Part shown: piece by piece, positions 18,988-29,675 of the stretch
How the letters are laid out: each line of letters opens with the position of its first letter
Position numbering within the stretch: the first letter of the stretch is position 1
From: Gemmatimonadota bacterium
GTDB taxonomy: Bacteria; Gemmatimonadota; Gemmatimonadetes; Gemmatimonadales; GWC2-71-9
Assembly: GCA_036679605.1 (NCBI GenBank)
Contig: JAZDCZ010000409.1
Coordinates: 1 to 64,000, forward strand
Reading direction: 5' to 3'
DNA length: 64,000 nt
The notes under the pieces: generated by a model
What the model was told of the DNA's origin: nothing
Seen by the model: the letters and a program-made list of their open reading frames with translations, nothing else
Databases searched by the model: none
Position numbers and translations under genes: made by a program

Positions 18988-21464
18988 CAGACCGCACACT
19001 CCACACTTCCGTCCGTGTGATCTGTGCGTTGCACGCGGAAACCCGCACTCGCCAACACTTCGGCGAGGCGCTCGCCAGGCTCCGCATCCCCCTCCCAGTC
19101 CACTGTTACCTCCTTGGTCCGAGGATCAGCCGCCACGTCGGTCACTTCCTCGAGCCCGCCGAGGCGATCCCGTATCGTGCGGGCACATCCTTCGCAGTGC
19201 ATGTCCGGCACTTGGAGCAACAGTTTTGTCAGTGCTGCTTCACGTTCCTCCTGAGGGCAAGCCGGAGCTTTTTTCACGTGTTCGGCTCGACCCAGTAGCC
19301 TTCCCCAGAACGAATTCGCCAGCACGGCGCTGACGCTCGCGACCATCGCCACCATCGCCCAGACGGGATGGACCACTCCTGTCGTGGCCAGCGGGATGCC
19401 TATGCCATTGAAGCCGAACGCCAGGGTCAGGTTTTGCACGGTCTTCCGGTACGAGGTGCGGCCGATGGCGATAGCATCGCTCACCCCTTCCAGTCTGCTG
19501 TGGATGAGCACTACATCGGCCGACTCGATGGCGATGTCTGTCCCGGCGCCGATCGCGATGCCGACGTCGGCCTGGGTGAGCGCCGGGGCATCGTTGATCC
19601 CGTCCCCCACCATGGCCACGCGCACGCCCGTCGCCTGGAGTTCCCGGATCTTGGCCGCCTTCTCCTCGGGAAACACTTCGGCGATCACGTTCTCGATCCC
19701 GACCTCGCTGGCCACGATGCCGGCTGTCTGCCGGTTGTCGCCGGTCAGCATCGTCGGCTCAATACCAGCCTGCTTCAGGCTCGCGATGGCCTCTCGGGCA
19801 CCGTCCTTGACCGCGTCGGCGATGGCAATGAGTCCGATGAGTTGAGCGCTGCGGGCAACGCCCACGACGGTCTGCCCACGGCCCTCCAGCTCGTCGAACA
19901 TTGCGCGGGCATCGGTCTCAAAATAGACATCGTGTTCTTCGAGCAGCTTCCGACGACCCACTACGATGTGTTCGCCGGCAGCTTGCGCCACGACACCCCG
20001 GCCGGTCACCGACTCGAACCAGTCGGCCGCTTCAACGTCCAGTCCCCGCTGCTCAGCATGAGCCACAATCGCTTGGCCCAAGAAGTGTTCGGAAAGCAGT
20101 TCGGCAGAGGCCGCCGCGCCAAGAACGTCGCTTTGCGAGGCGTTGCCAAAGGCCACCACCTCCACGACCGTCGGATCACCCTCCGTGATAGTCCCCGTCT
20201 TATCCAGTACGACCGCGCGAATGTCCTTCATGATCTGGAACGCCTCAGCACTCCGGATGAGCACACCCTGCTCGGCAGCCAAGCCCCCGCCGCGAATGAG
20301 CGCGAGTGGCGTCGCCATCCCGAGGGCGCACGGGTATCCCATGACGAGCACACTGAGGGCTGCGAAGATCGCACGCGTCAAGTCCGGGGACCCAACGACG
20401 ATCCAGGCACCGGCGGTCCAGATGAGAAAGGCCATGGCAGACACCGCCAGCACACTGGGCACGAAGTACGTGAGAATCGCGTCGACGAGCTGAATGATGC
20501 CCGGCTTCATCGCGCGCGCTTCCTGCACATGCTTGGCCACGCGCTGAAGGAAAGTGTCATCACCCACGCGGGTGACTTCGATTAGGAGTGAGCCCGCCTT
20601 ATTCACCGAACCGCCGATCACCTCAGCACCCAGCGCCTTCTCGACAGGAAGTGGCTCGCCCGTCACAATGGACTCGTCCACGGCCGAGGCGCCCTCTACC
20701 ACCTTCCCATCCACCGGAATGCGCTCGCCCGGTCGTACCCGAACACGATCGCCCACTCTTACCTCTTCAATAGCGACCTCGATCTCGCTGCCGTCCCTTA
20801 CCACGCGTGCCGTGTCCGGCTGGAGTTCCAGCAGCTTGCGCACCGCCTCCTGGCTCCGAGCGCGGACGGTTGTAGAGACGTAGCCACTCAGGAGGTGGTA
20901 CGTCATGAGAAAGGTCGCGGCCGCGAAGAAGTCAGCGGGAAAGTCGGGAGCCACAAACCCCAGCAACCCCGCGACGTAGGCACCCGACGCCCCAAAGGAC
21001 AGCAGGACGTGCTGGTTGAAGATCCGCCGTCGCAGGCTTCCCCACGCCATGCGGAGGACGTGCGAGCCCACCCCGAAGACGGCAACCGTCGCGATAACGG
21101 CCTGAATGGTTCTACTTCCCGGGATATGGATGCCGACCCACATCAGCGCCATGAGAACAATCGAAACCGTGGCGAGCGCCGTGTTAACAAGGAGCTTACG
21201 CGTCTCGCGCCGCAACTCCTCCCGCTGCTCTTCGTAGGCCAGCACACGGTTCGGATCTCGGACGGTGTAGCCCAGGTCGCGCAACACGTCTTTCACGCGT
21301 GCTTCATCGATGCGCTCGGCGTCGTACTCGATCAGCGCTTCCTCATGCGCCACGCTGACTGCCACCGTCTCGACGCCCTCGGTGTTCGCGTAGGCGCGGC
21401 GGATGCTCTCCTGGCAAAAAGAACAATGCATTCCGCCGACGTTGATTTGCAGTTTGTTGGTCAT
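18987..21464 (-). CDS. P1B heavy-metal ATPase, YPC variant, with N- and C-terminal HMA domains
   Basis: [38 protein letters not shown]. Confidence 0.9.
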   Translation of the reverse strand: MTNKLQINVGGMHCSFCQESIRRAYANTEGVETVAVSVAHEEALIEYDAERIDEARVKDVLRDLGYTVRDPNRVLAYEEQREELRRETRKLLVNTALATVSIVLMALMWVGIHIPGSRTIQAVIATVAVFGVGSHVLRMAWGSLRRRIFNQHVLLSFGASGAYVAGLLGFVAPDFPADFFAAATFLMTYHLLSGYVSTTVRARSQEAVRKLLELQPDTARVVRDGSEIEVAIEEVRVGDRVRVRPGERIPVDGKVVEGASAVDESIVTGEPLPVEKALGAEVIGGSVNKAGSLLIEVTRVGDDTFLQRVAKHVQEARAMKPGIIQLVDAILTYFVPSVLAVSAMAFLIWTAGAWIVVGSPDLTRAIFAALSVLVMGYPCALGMATPLALIRGGGLAAEQGVLIRSAEAFQIMKDIRAVVLDKTGTITEGDPTVVEVVAFGNASQSDVLGAAASAELLSEHFLGQAIVAHAEQRGLDVEAADWFESVTGRGVVAQAAGEHIVVGRRKLLEEHDVYFETDARAMFDELEGRGQTVVGVARSAQLIGLIAIADAVKDGAREAIASLKQAGIEPTMLTGDNRQTAGIVASEVGIENVIAEVFPEEKAAKIRELQATGVRVAMVGDGINDAPALTQADVGIAIGAGTDIAIESADVVLIHSRLEGVSDAIAIGRTSYRKTVQNLTLAFGFNGIGIPLATTGVVHPVWAMVAMVASVSAVLANSFWGRLLGRAEHVKKAPACPQEEREAALTKLLLQVPDMHCEGCARTIRDRLGGLEEVTDVAADPRTKEVTVDWEGDAEPGERLAEVLASAGFRVQRTDHTDGSVECAV

Positions 21465-21495
21465 TCGCCTCTCCCGCCCGTTCCGACTGCTAGCC

Positions 21496-21527
21496 AATGT
21501 AAACATTGGAGTCTACTCCAAAGTCAA
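21496..21527 (-). promoter_or_regulatory. ZntR-type MerR-family promoter/operator
   Basis: TTGACT-TTGGAGTAGACTCCAATGTT(20 nt)-TACATT with perfect dyad TTGGAGT-AG-ACTCCAA. Confidence 0.88.
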
Positions 21528-21580
21528 GACCCTGCTTGGACCTTTAGATTGAGCCCCAGACCCGCCCTTGCTGTGGAAAC

Positions 21581-21604
21581 AACCTTTGTGTACACTCCAA
21601 GGTT
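21581..21604. promoter_or_regulatory. Second imperfect operator copy upstream of regulator
   Basis: AACCTTTGTGT-AC-ACTCCAAGGTT dyad sharing the ACTCCAA half-site. Confidence 0.55.
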
Positions 21605-21637
21605 CCGACATGCGTCACGCCGCACTGGAGGACACGA

Positions 21638-22030
21638 ATGCGTATTGGAGAGCTAGGGAAGTCGGCGGGAGTGACCCCCGACACTATTAGGTATTACGAG
21701 CGTGAAGGCCTGCTGCCTCGCGCAGACCGCACCCCCAGCGGTTACCGGGACTACAGGGCAGAAGTCGTGGATGACCTGCGATTCATCAAGAAGGCGCAGG
21801 CGCTAGGGCTCAAGCTCAGCGACGTGCGCGAGGTCCTGGAGATCTCCTCAGGGGGCCGGGCACCGTGCGAGCATGTGCGCGCAACCGTCTCTGCACGCCT
21901 CACGGAGGTAGAGCGACGGCTCAAGGAACTTCGGGCGCTGCGGTCGACGCTTCGGGAGACGCTGGAACGGCTTGACCGCGCGCCGAAGCCGAAGGCTGGG
22001 TGCCGATGTGCCGTGATCGAGTCGGCCTGA
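21638..22030 (+). CDS. MerR-family heavy-metal regulator (ZntR/CadR-like)
   Basis: MRIGEL..IRYYEREGL, APCEHV, GCRCAVIE; GGAGG RBS; divergent from ATPase. Confidence 0.9.
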   Translation: MRIGELGKSAGVTPDTIRYYEREGLLPRADRTPSGYRDYRAEVVDDLRFIKKAQALGLKLSDVREVLEISSGGRAPCEHVRATVSARLTEVERRLKELRALRSTLRETLERLDRAPKPKAGCRCAVIESA

Positions 22031-22110
22031 CACAGCCACCCGCCTTGTCGGAACACAACGGTTGGTGTTGGGGTTGTCTAGCATATGGAGCCATGCTACC
22101 CATTAACACG

Positions 22111-22443
22111 ATGACAGCCTCGCGACGATCCAAACTCTTGGCACTGTCCATTACAGCAGTGCTGACCCTTCAGTACACGGCGCCCGCCGTTTGTACCATG
22201 CGCGGGCGGATGGGTTCTGACGTGAGCATGACCGCCCACACCGGTGAGTCGGCGTGGGAAACCCCCGGATCATCGGCCTCGTGTTGCACATTGACCGAGT
22301 GTGGCATGCCTAACGCGGCCCCGACCGTGTACGGAATGGGCGAGTCGCCGGGTGTCGCTACCCATCGGATAGAGGTTCCCGTATGGCCGTCGTCACATCC
22401 TGCTAACGACCCAGCGCCTCTTACCCCACCCCCCGAAGCCTAG
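22111..22443 (+). CDS. Cys/Met-containing exported leader protein (DUF2946/CutF-like); start uncertain
   Basis: Signal-like N-terminus, CCTLTEC, C-terminal PAPLTPPPEA. Confidence 0.6.
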   Translation: MTASRRSKLLALSITAVLTLQYTAPAVCTMRGRMGSDVSMTAHTGESAWETPGSSASCCTLTECGMPNAAPTVYGMGESPGVATHRIEVPVWPSSHPANDPAPLTPPPEA

Positions 22444-22537
22444 CCTTTCTCAGGAGTAGTGTATCCACGCGCGACGCCGGTGCGTCGTGCAGAACACCAT
22501 GTCGCGCGGTCTCGGCCGCGCGAGAGAAAGGTATGAA

Positions 22538-23827
22538 ATGCGCAACGGAACATGGGGCGTGCTGGCGTGGGTCATCATGCTGTGCTCGCCAACTCCGCTC
22601 CACGGACAAGATCCCATACTTCAGACCGCTGGGGTGCGGGCATACATCAACCGGGTTCTCGCCGGAAACGCTCATTACGCAGCCGCCCGATCGAGAGTAG
22701 CGGCCGCGACCGAGCGAATCGCACCGGCCGGAGCCTTGCCCGACCCCACGCTGGGTCTAGGAGTTATCGCCGTCCCCGCCCCGTCGTTCGATTTTACCGC
22801 CGAGCGGATGACTCGCTTGCCGGTCAAAATCCAGCAACGGTTTCCCTTCCCCGGAAAACAGGCGGCGGCTACCGGCCTGGCCCGCGCCGACAGCGCGGTC
22901 ATCGGCGAGTCTTTCGAATCCGTCGAGGCCCGTCTGGTGGCTGCGGCCGTACAGGTTTATTACGAACTGGCGTACGCTGAGACCTCCGTGGATGTCTGGC
23001 GTGCGCGTGTCACTCTGGCCAATCAAGCCATAGTGACGGCGCGGGCGCGTTACGAGACCGGAGCCGTTCCCCAGACGGATCTGCTCCGGGCGCGACTCCG
23101 CCGAGCCGAGTTGGTGGAGGAGGGGAGCGCCCTCGAGGCCGCTGTCACGCGTGCCCACGCGGGCGTTGACGCGCTACGCGGCCGACCCGACAGTACGATG
23201 ACGGCTTTATCTCTCCTGACACCGGACGGACGCTCTACCGTCGATGTCCAGGACGATTCGTTGGACGCGGACGCACTCATGCAGCAGCTAGCTGACACCA
23301 GTCCCGCTCTCCGCGTGGCGGCCGCGCGCGTCCAGCGCGCTCAAAGAAACGCACACGTGTTCAACATCGCTTCTCGACCGGATTTTACCGTGTCACTGCA
23401 ACAGGGCATCCGCTTCGGTGGCAGGCAACCGTTCGTCACAGCGTTAGTCGGCATTTCCGTTCCGCTGTGGGCGGGGCGGAAGCAATCGCCGGCGGCCCGA
23501 GCCGCTCGATTCGACCTCGACGCTGCGAGACAGGAATACGACGACCTCCGGGCCCGTCTTATCGGTGATTTGCGCGACAAGGTTGCCACGATCGAGGCGC
23601 TCAAGGCCCGGGAGCGCCAAACGTCGAGAGAGATCATCCCCCTGGCGGACGCGGCGAGTACCTCCGCCCTCCAGCGCTACACAGTGGGAGCAGTCGAGTT
23701 CACTACCGTCCTGGAGACCCAAGACAACGTGTTCCGCGCCCGGCTACGGCTGGCGCGACTCATTGCCGATTACGGCGCCAGCCTGGCGCAGTTAGCCGCG
23801 CTCGTGGGAGAGGAGTGGTACAGATGA
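22538..23827 (+). CDS. TolC-family outer membrane efflux protein (Cus/Sil-type system)
   Basis: AGALPDP, QRFPFPGK, GISVPLW; AAAGGT before ATG 22538. Confidence 0.85.
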   Translation: MRNGTWGVLAWVIMLCSPTPLHGQDPILQTAGVRAYINRVLAGNAHYAAARSRVAAATERIAPAGALPDPTLGLGVIAVPAPSFDFTAERMTRLPVKIQQRFPFPGKQAAATGLARADSAVIGESFESVEARLVAAAVQVYYELAYAETSVDVWRARVTLANQAIVTARARYETGAVPQTDLLRARLRRAELVEEGSALEAAVTRAHAGVDALRGRPDSTMTALSLLTPDGRSTVDVQDDSLDADALMQQLADTSPALRVAAARVQRAQRNAHVFNIASRPDFTVSLQQGIRFGGRQPFVTALVGISVPLWAGRKQSPAARAARFDLDAARQEYDDLRARLIGDLRDKVATIEALKARERQTSREIIPLADAASTSALQRYTVGAVEFTTVLETQDNVFRARLRLARLIADYGASLAQLAALVGEEWYR

Positions 23828-25059
23828 GAGTACGAAACCTGATGATCCTTGCGTTCTTTGCAGCCGGATGCAGTGGCGGCGGGAGCCCCGGGAGGAGCAA
23901 GAAAGGGGCGGAGGCCACGGGAGCCCCGATGCAAGATATGGCCGATAAGGCAGCACCTGCGCCCCAAACGCGTGATTCGGCGGGGATGGAGATGAATGGA
24001 GGTGGTCCGATTCGGCTCACCACGCGCCAGGCCGCCCTGGCCGGCGTGACGTTCGCGGTGGCACGAGAAGCGCCGGTGGCACGAACGGTCCGCGCGGTGG
24101 CCATGGTGGTTCCCAACGAGCGGGCGCTCGGCATCATCAATACCCGCATCAGTGGCTGGGTTGAAAAGCTCTACGTCAGCGAGACGGGAATCCACGTCGA
24201 AAAGGGCGAGCCACTCTTCGAATTGTACGCTCCGGATCTCGTGACAGCGCAGGAAGAACTACTCCTCGCCAAACGTCTCATGACGACTGCCGGTGGAGAC
24301 TCGTTGGTGAGTGCCGCGCGCCGCCGTTTGGCCCTGTGGAACGTCGAGGAAGAGACAATCGCCGACATCGAGCGCAGCGGGACAGTGCGCCGCCGCATCA
24401 CGATTCGCTCGCCGTATCGCGGCCACGTCCTCGAGAAAAAAGTCATCGAAGGACAGATGATCCGAACCGGTGATCGGCTCTTCAAGATCGCTGATCTCTC
24501 GACGGTGTGGATCGAGCCGGCAATCTTCGAGCAAGACATCCCATTCGTCCGCAAGGGACAACGCGCGAGGATCACCTTTGACGCGCTCCCCGGCCGCACC
24601 TTTATCGGACGCGTCACCTTCGTGCATCCGACTCTGGACATGGGTACACGGACACTCCGAGTTCGTGTCGAAATGCCCAACGAGCGCCTCGAGATCAAAC
24701 CGATGATGTACGGAACGGTCGAAGTGATGAGCGAGACCGCCCGAGGAGTAGCTGTGCCGTTGACCGCGATTCTCCCCACCGGCGACCGTGACCTTGCCTT
24801 CGTGCTGCATGGCGGCGGAGTGATGCCGACGGAGGTGGCAGTCTCCGTGCGCGGCGATTCCGAGATCGTCGTGACGAGCGGCATAGCAGCGGGCGACACC
24901 GTAGTGGCTTCCGCCACCTTTCTCTTCGATTCGGAGTCGAGTCTCGCCGCCGCCATGCAGGGGATCATGCTCAACATGGGAATGGGACTCGACATGGGCG
25001 GAATGGATATGGGCGGCGAAGACATGAAGGACATGCAGAAGGAAGGGCGACAGCAATGA
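23824..25059 (+). CDS. cusB: CusB-like RND adaptor, Met-rich
   Basis: Lipobox AAGC, ISGWVEKLYV, YAPDLVTAQEE, FLFDSES, Met-rich tail. Confidence 0.88.
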   Translation: MRVRNLMILAFFAAGCSGGGSPGRSKKGAEATGAPMQDMADKAAPAPQTRDSAGMEMNGGGPIRLTTRQAALAGVTFAVAREAPVARTVRAVAMVVPNERALGIINTRISGWVEKLYVSETGIHVEKGEPLFELYAPDLVTAQEELLLAKRLMTTAGGDSLVSAARRRLALWNVEEETIADIERSGTVRRRITIRSPYRGHVLEKKVIEGQMIRTGDRLFKIADLSTVWIEPAIFEQDIPFVRKGQRARITFDALPGRTFIGRVTFVHPTLDMGTRTLRVRVEMPNERLEIKPMMYGTVEVMSETARGVAVPLTAILPTGDRDLAFVLHGGGVMPTEVAVSVRGDSEIVVTSGIAAGDTVVASATFLFDSESSLAAAMQGIMLNMGMGLDMGGMDMGGEDMKDMQKEGRQQ

Positions 25060-28000
25060 TTGCGAAACTCATTCAGCTTTGCATCCGCTGGCGTGGGCTC
25101 ACTGCGATCGCGGCAGTCGGCATCATGGTAGGCGGTGTCGCCGTCGTTCGCACTATGCCGATCGACGCGATCCCGGATCTCTCCGACGTTCAGGTGATCG
25201 TGTTCACCGAGTACCCGGGGCAGGCTCCACAGGTCGTCGAGGATCAGATCACCTACCCGCTCGTCACAGCTCTCCTCGCTGTACCGGGAGCGACAGTCGT
25301 ACGCGGGCAGTCTATGTTCGGACTCTCTTTCGTTTACGTGCTGTTCGAGGAACGGACGGATCTCTATTGGGCCCGCAGCCGAGTGTTGGAGTACTTGAAC
25401 TCCGCCGGGGCCGAACTTCCGGAAAGTGTACGCCCGCAGCTCGGGCCGGATGCCACGGGCGTGGGGTGGGTCTTTCAATATTCCGTAGAGGGCGAGGGCT
25501 ACACTCTGGATCGACTGCGCTCGATCCAGGATTGGTACCTGCGCTACGAGCTGCAGCGGGTCCCCGGTGTATCCGAAGTGGCCAGTGTCGGTGGCTACGT
25601 GAAGCAGTACCAGATCATCCTCGATCCGGCGCGTCTCCTGGGATTCGGCGTAACCGCCGATCAAGTGATTCACGCGGTGCGCACTTCGAATCTCGATGTG
25701 GGCGGCCGCACCGTCGAGATCGCCGGAGGCGACTACATGGTACGCGGGTTAGGCTACCTGCGCGGCGTGCAGGATATCGCCGGCCTGGCCGTGGGCTCCG
25801 GGGCCGGAGGCGTGCCCGTTCGGGTTGCCGACGTGGCCGACGTAACGATCGGCCCGGACATCCGCCTCGGACTTGCCGAGCGGAACGGCCGCGGTGAGGT
25901 GGTCGGCGGTGTGATCATCATGCGCTACGGCGAGAACGCACTCAAGGTGATCGAAGGGGTCAAAGCAAGACTGGCCGAGCTGCGGGAAGGTTTACCTCCC
26001 GGTGTCGAGATCATCCCGACCTACGATCGGTCGCAGCTGATCCACCGCGCCACCAGCACCCTCTGGCGCACCCTGCTCGAGGAATCGATCATTGTAGGGT
26101 TGGTCTGTATCGTGTTCCTCCTCCATGCCAGAAGCGCGTTTGTCGCGATCGCCACTCTCCCACTCGGCATCGCGATGGCGATGGCTGCCACGCGCTGGAT
26201 GGGTGTCAACGCAAACATAATGTCGCTGGGCGGAATCGCCATCGCCGTAGGCGCGATGATCGACGCCGCGATCGTGATGATCGAGAACATGCATAAGCAC
26301 ATCGAGCACGAACCCGAACGGTCTCGCTGGGAACTCGCAGCGATCGCAGCACGCGAAGTCGGCCCCGCACTCTTTGTGTCGCTGTTGATCATCACGCTTT
26401 CGTTCATTCCGGTGTTCTCGCTGCAAGCACAGGAAGGGCGGCTATTCCGACCGCTGGCGCTCACCAAAACGTTCGCAATGGCCGCGGCCGCCATGCTTTC
26501 CGTGACGGTCGTACCGGTGTTAATGGGCCTGTTCATCAGGGGAAACATCCGTCCCGAAACACAAAATCCCATAAATCGATGGGCTATCCGTTTGTACCGG
26601 CCGGTGCTGCGCTGGGCACTCGCGCACCGGATCATAGTGCTTGGAGGCGCAGCCGCGTTGATCGCGGCGACCGCCTGGCCACTTTCCAGAATTGGAAGCG
26701 AGTTCATGCCGCCGCTCGAGGAAGGCTCGTTGATGTACATGCCCAATTCAATCCCCGGCCTGTCCATCACCCAACAACGGCGCCTGCTGCAGAAGCAAGA
26801 CAGTATTCTCTTGACCTTTCCGGAGGTTGAGTCTGTGTGGGGCAAGGCCGGCCGCGCGAGAACGGCCACGGACCCTGCACCGCTATCGATGGTTGAAACG
26901 ATCGTGAACCTGAAGGACCCATCGGAGTGGCCCGAACAGCTGTCCCAGGACCAGCTCATCGCCAAAATGGACCGGCAGCTTCGCTTCACCGGCCTCATCA
27001 ACAGTTGGACTATGCCGATCAAGAATCGCACGGAAATGCTTTCCACCGGCATACGAACGACACTGGGAGTAAAAATTTTTGGACCTGATCTCCAAAGTAT
27101 CGAGAAGATCGGAGGCGAGATCGAACGGCTGCTGGCGCCGTTGTCCGGCACCGCCAGCATCTATGCCGAGCGCTCGTTCGGCGGACGGTATCTGGACATC
27201 CAACCGAACCGTGAGACCATAGCTCGCTATGGACTGAACGTTGGAGACGTGCTGCGCGTAATTTCAACAGCCGTAGGCGGCATGAACATCACAACCACTG
27301 TAGAAGGTCGCGAGCGCTATCCCGTGCAGGTGCGTTACGCCAGAAGCCTGCGGGACAGCCCGACACGACTGCGCAACGTTTTAGTCGCGACACCGCAGGG
27401 CTCGCAAGTTCCCCTTTCGCAGCTTGCTAGCATCGGCTTTACCGCCGGCGCCCCTCTGATCAAGAGTGAAAACGCACAACTAGTGGGAATCGTGTTCATC
27501 GACGTACGGGGCCGTGACGTGGGCGGTTATGTCCGAGACGCTCGGCAAATGGTAGAGCAAGAGATCACGCTGCCACCAGGCTACCGACTGCAGTGGAGCG
27601 GGCAGTACGAGGCGATGGAGCGGGTAAAAGCACGGCTAAAGGTGGTCGTGCCCCTGACGCTCGCAATCATAGCACTCCTGCTCTACCTCAACTTTATGAA
27701 TTTGGCCGAGGTTGGCATCGTGATGCTATCGCTTCCCTTTGCACTCGTGGGTGGCGTGTGGCTGATGTGGGCGTCGGGTTTCAACTTCTCGGTGGCGGTC
27801 GCGGTGGGCTTCATCGCCCTGGCGGGAGTATCCGCCGAGATCGGCGTCGTGATGTTGGTCTATCTCGACCGGGCGTGGGTTGAGCGCATCCGCAGCGGTA
27901 ACGAGGAGGCGCTCGTTGCAACGGTCGAGCGCGGAGCAGTGCTCCGGGTACGCCCCATTCTCATGACCGTGACCGCCATTACCGCCGGATTGATGCCGAT

Positions 28001-28139
28001 TCTTTGGAGCCACGGCACCGGAGCCTCGGTGATGCAGCGAATCGCGGCACCGATGATCGGGGGTATGGTAACCTCCACCGGTCTCACTCTGGTAGTGATA
28101 CCGGTGCTGTACCACCTGTGGCGGACGCGAAGCGTGTAG
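25056..28139 (+). CDS. cusA: CusA/SilA-type Cu(I)/Ag(I) RND permease
   Basis: DAIPDLSDVQVI, YWARSRVLEYL, LMYMP, PLSMVET, WTMPIKNR. Confidence 0.93.
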   Translation: MIAKLIQLCIRWRGLTAIAAVGIMVGGVAVVRTMPIDAIPDLSDVQVIVFTEYPGQAPQVVEDQITYPLVTALLAVPGATVVRGQSMFGLSFVYVLFEERTDLYWARSRVLEYLNSAGAELPESVRPQLGPDATGVGWVFQYSVEGEGYTLDRLRSIQDWYLRYELQRVPGVSEVASVGGYVKQYQIILDPARLLGFGVTADQVIHAVRTSNLDVGGRTVEIAGGDYMVRGLGYLRGVQDIAGLAVGSGAGGVPVRVADVADVTIGPDIRLGLAERNGRGEVVGGVIIMRYGENALKVIEGVKARLAELREGLPPGVEIIPTYDRSQLIHRATSTLWRTLLEESIIVGLVCIVFLLHARSAFVAIATLPLGIAMAMAATRWMGVNANIMSLGGIAIAVGAMIDAAIVMIENMHKHIEHEPERSRWELAAIAAREVGPALFVSLLIITLSFIPVFSLQAQEGRLFRPLALTKTFAMAAAAMLSVTVVPVLMGLFIRGNIRPETQNPINRWAIRLYRPVLRWALAHRIIVLGGAAALIAATAWPLSRIGSEFMPPLEEGSLMYMPNSIPGLSITQQRRLLQKQDSILLTFPEVESVWGKAGRARTATDPAPLSMVETIVNLKDPSEWPEQLSQDQLIAKMDRQLRFTGLINSWTMPIKNRTEMLSTGIRTTLGVKIFGPDLQSIEKIGGEIERLLAPLSGTASIYAERSFGGRYLDIQPNRETIARYGLNVGDVLRVISTAVGGMNITTTVEGRERYPVQVRYARSLRDSPTRLRNVLVATPQGSQVPLSQLASIGFTAGAPLIKSENAQLVGIVFIDVRGRDVGGYVRDARQMVEQEITLPPGYRLQWSGQYEAMERVKARLKVVVPLTLAIIALLLYLNFMNLAEVGIVMLSLPFALVGGVWLMWASGFNFSVAVAVGFIALAGVSAEIGVVMLVYLDRAWVERIRSGNEEALVATVERGAVLRVRPILMTVTAITAGLMPILWSHGTGASVMQRIAAPMIGGMVTSTGLTLVVIPVLYHLWRTRSV

Positions 28140-28152
28140 GCCTTCCATGTTC

Positions 28153-29667
28153 CTAACCAACCTTCTCCAGCGCAGCCTCTAGCGCCCCACCATCCTCATC
28201 AGATAGAGCCGCTTCGGTGAGTTGCCGCACGGCGGCCGCGGCGTCACTGTCGCCCCCCAGCCCGTCGAGCGCGGTCATGATTGCTGCAAAGTTCTTCATA
28301 CCGTTGGCATGCGTATCGCCATACCCTTTTATCAGTCGCTGGCACCTGGCAATCTCGACTGCCAGATCGTAGTTGGATCGCGCCGCATCCAAGATTCTCG
28401 TAAGCCACCGGTCGATGAGTGCCATCTCTCGTCGGTAACGGTAGGATTGGCGTCGCCAGCGTCTCAGACCCGCGAGAAAGTAGAGCAGTAGAAAACCCCT
28501 CAGCTTGGTTGTAGGTACCTGACGACCATGTCCGAATATCTTGCCAAGTAAATTTCGCACTCCCCTGTTCCGCATGACTAAGCTGCCGATTGGAGCTGGC
28601 AGTATGTCACTGATTTCCTCTACTCGCGGGTGCAAAAACTCAACCACATGGACCAATTGATCGGGCGCAGCACCAACCTCCTCCCGAACCCGGCGAAATC
28701 GCGCGGATCGGGTCTTTAGATCGGCCACTCGGATCGCATCCTCATACGACATCCATAACGCGAGATGGCGAGCTGTCTCTGCAGTAAGACGGTATGTAGC
28801 GTCGTCGCCTCCGTTATCAACCTCCAGCACTTGCTCGACGCAATCGAGGTACGCGCTCGCATACTCGATGTCTTGATAATCCGCGAGTCGTCGCACTCCC
28901 TCGACGACGAGGTCAATCGTAGCCTTGGGAAATTTTTCGTCAATTCGATCGAGCAGCACCTTGGCTCGGGACGCAAGCTTCGTCGCGGTCGCGGGGCGCT
29001 CCCCTCCCTCAGCAAGGGCATGCGAACCTCCACTTGTCGCCCCATCGAACCCAGCGCTGAAACCGGCGAGGTTTTTCTCAACGGCGATACCGCTGCGTAT
29101 GATCGCGCTCTCGTAGTGCTCGCGCTCGAATGGGAGAGGTGCGGCACCGGCCAGCGCGCCAAACAAGACCGAACTGATCACGCTCTCCGTCGCGTCAGCG
29201 AGACTTGCCATGTCGAAGGTGATGCAATGCTTCGCATTCGTCTCGAGCGCCTTTAGCACCTCTGTTCCATCGGCTATCCCATCGCCCATCACCATTTTCT
29301 CGGCAACCGAATACTCACGATGTGACGAGGCTACCACCGTCGTACGTTCTGGACTCACTAGGCCACGCAGCACAGCGCGGCCGGCTTCCATGAGTTCCGC
29401 TGCTATAACTACGTCGACTTGACCGGGAATCGGCATCAAGGCAAGGACCGGATCGCGGCCTGCTTCTCGTGCAGCCTGCTCTGGGAATAGTTCGATGTAG
29501 TAGATCGTCGCACCGGTCCTCTGGGCCACTCCCGGCACAGATGTAGCTTGTGCCAGATATCCATTATGCTCGGCGACGTCGACGATCCAACTGGACAACA
29601 CTCCACCACCCTGACCGCCCATAGCCGCAATGACGATGGATATCGCACGAGGTTCCTTATTGGACAT
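28153..29667 (-). CDS. iorB: Indolepyruvate oxidoreductase beta-family subunit with long C-terminal domain
   Basis: AMGGQGGGVL, SVPGVAQRTGAT, LIKGYGDT. Confidence 0.88.
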   Translation of the reverse strand: MSNKEPRAISIVIAAMGGQGGGVLSSWIVDVAEHNGYLAQATSVPGVAQRTGATIYYIELFPEQAAREAGRDPVLALMPIPGQVDVVIAAELMEAGRAVLRGLVSPERTTVVASSHREYSVAEKMVMGDGIADGTEVLKALETNAKHCITFDMASLADATESVISSVLFGALAGAAPLPFEREHYESAIIRSGIAVEKNLAGFSAGFDGATSGGSHALAEGGERPATATKLASRAKVLLDRIDEKFPKATIDLVVEGVRRLADYQDIEYASAYLDCVEQVLEVDNGGDDATYRLTAETARHLALWMSYEDAIRVADLKTRSARFRRVREEVGAAPDQLVHVVEFLHPRVEEISDILPAPIGSLVMRNRGVRNLLGKIFGHGRQVPTTKLRGFLLLYFLAGLRRWRRQSYRYRREMALIDRWLTRILDAARSNYDLAVEIARCQRLIKGYGDTHANGMKNFAAIMTALDGLGGDSDAAAAVRQLTEAALSDEDGGALEAALEKVG

Positions 29668-29675
29668 CGGCGAAT

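Noticed and set aside
19368..27160. Long opposite-strand ORFs (19368-20585, 24171-25673, 26021-27160)
   Set aside because: Antisense shadows of well-supported genes in high-GC DNA.
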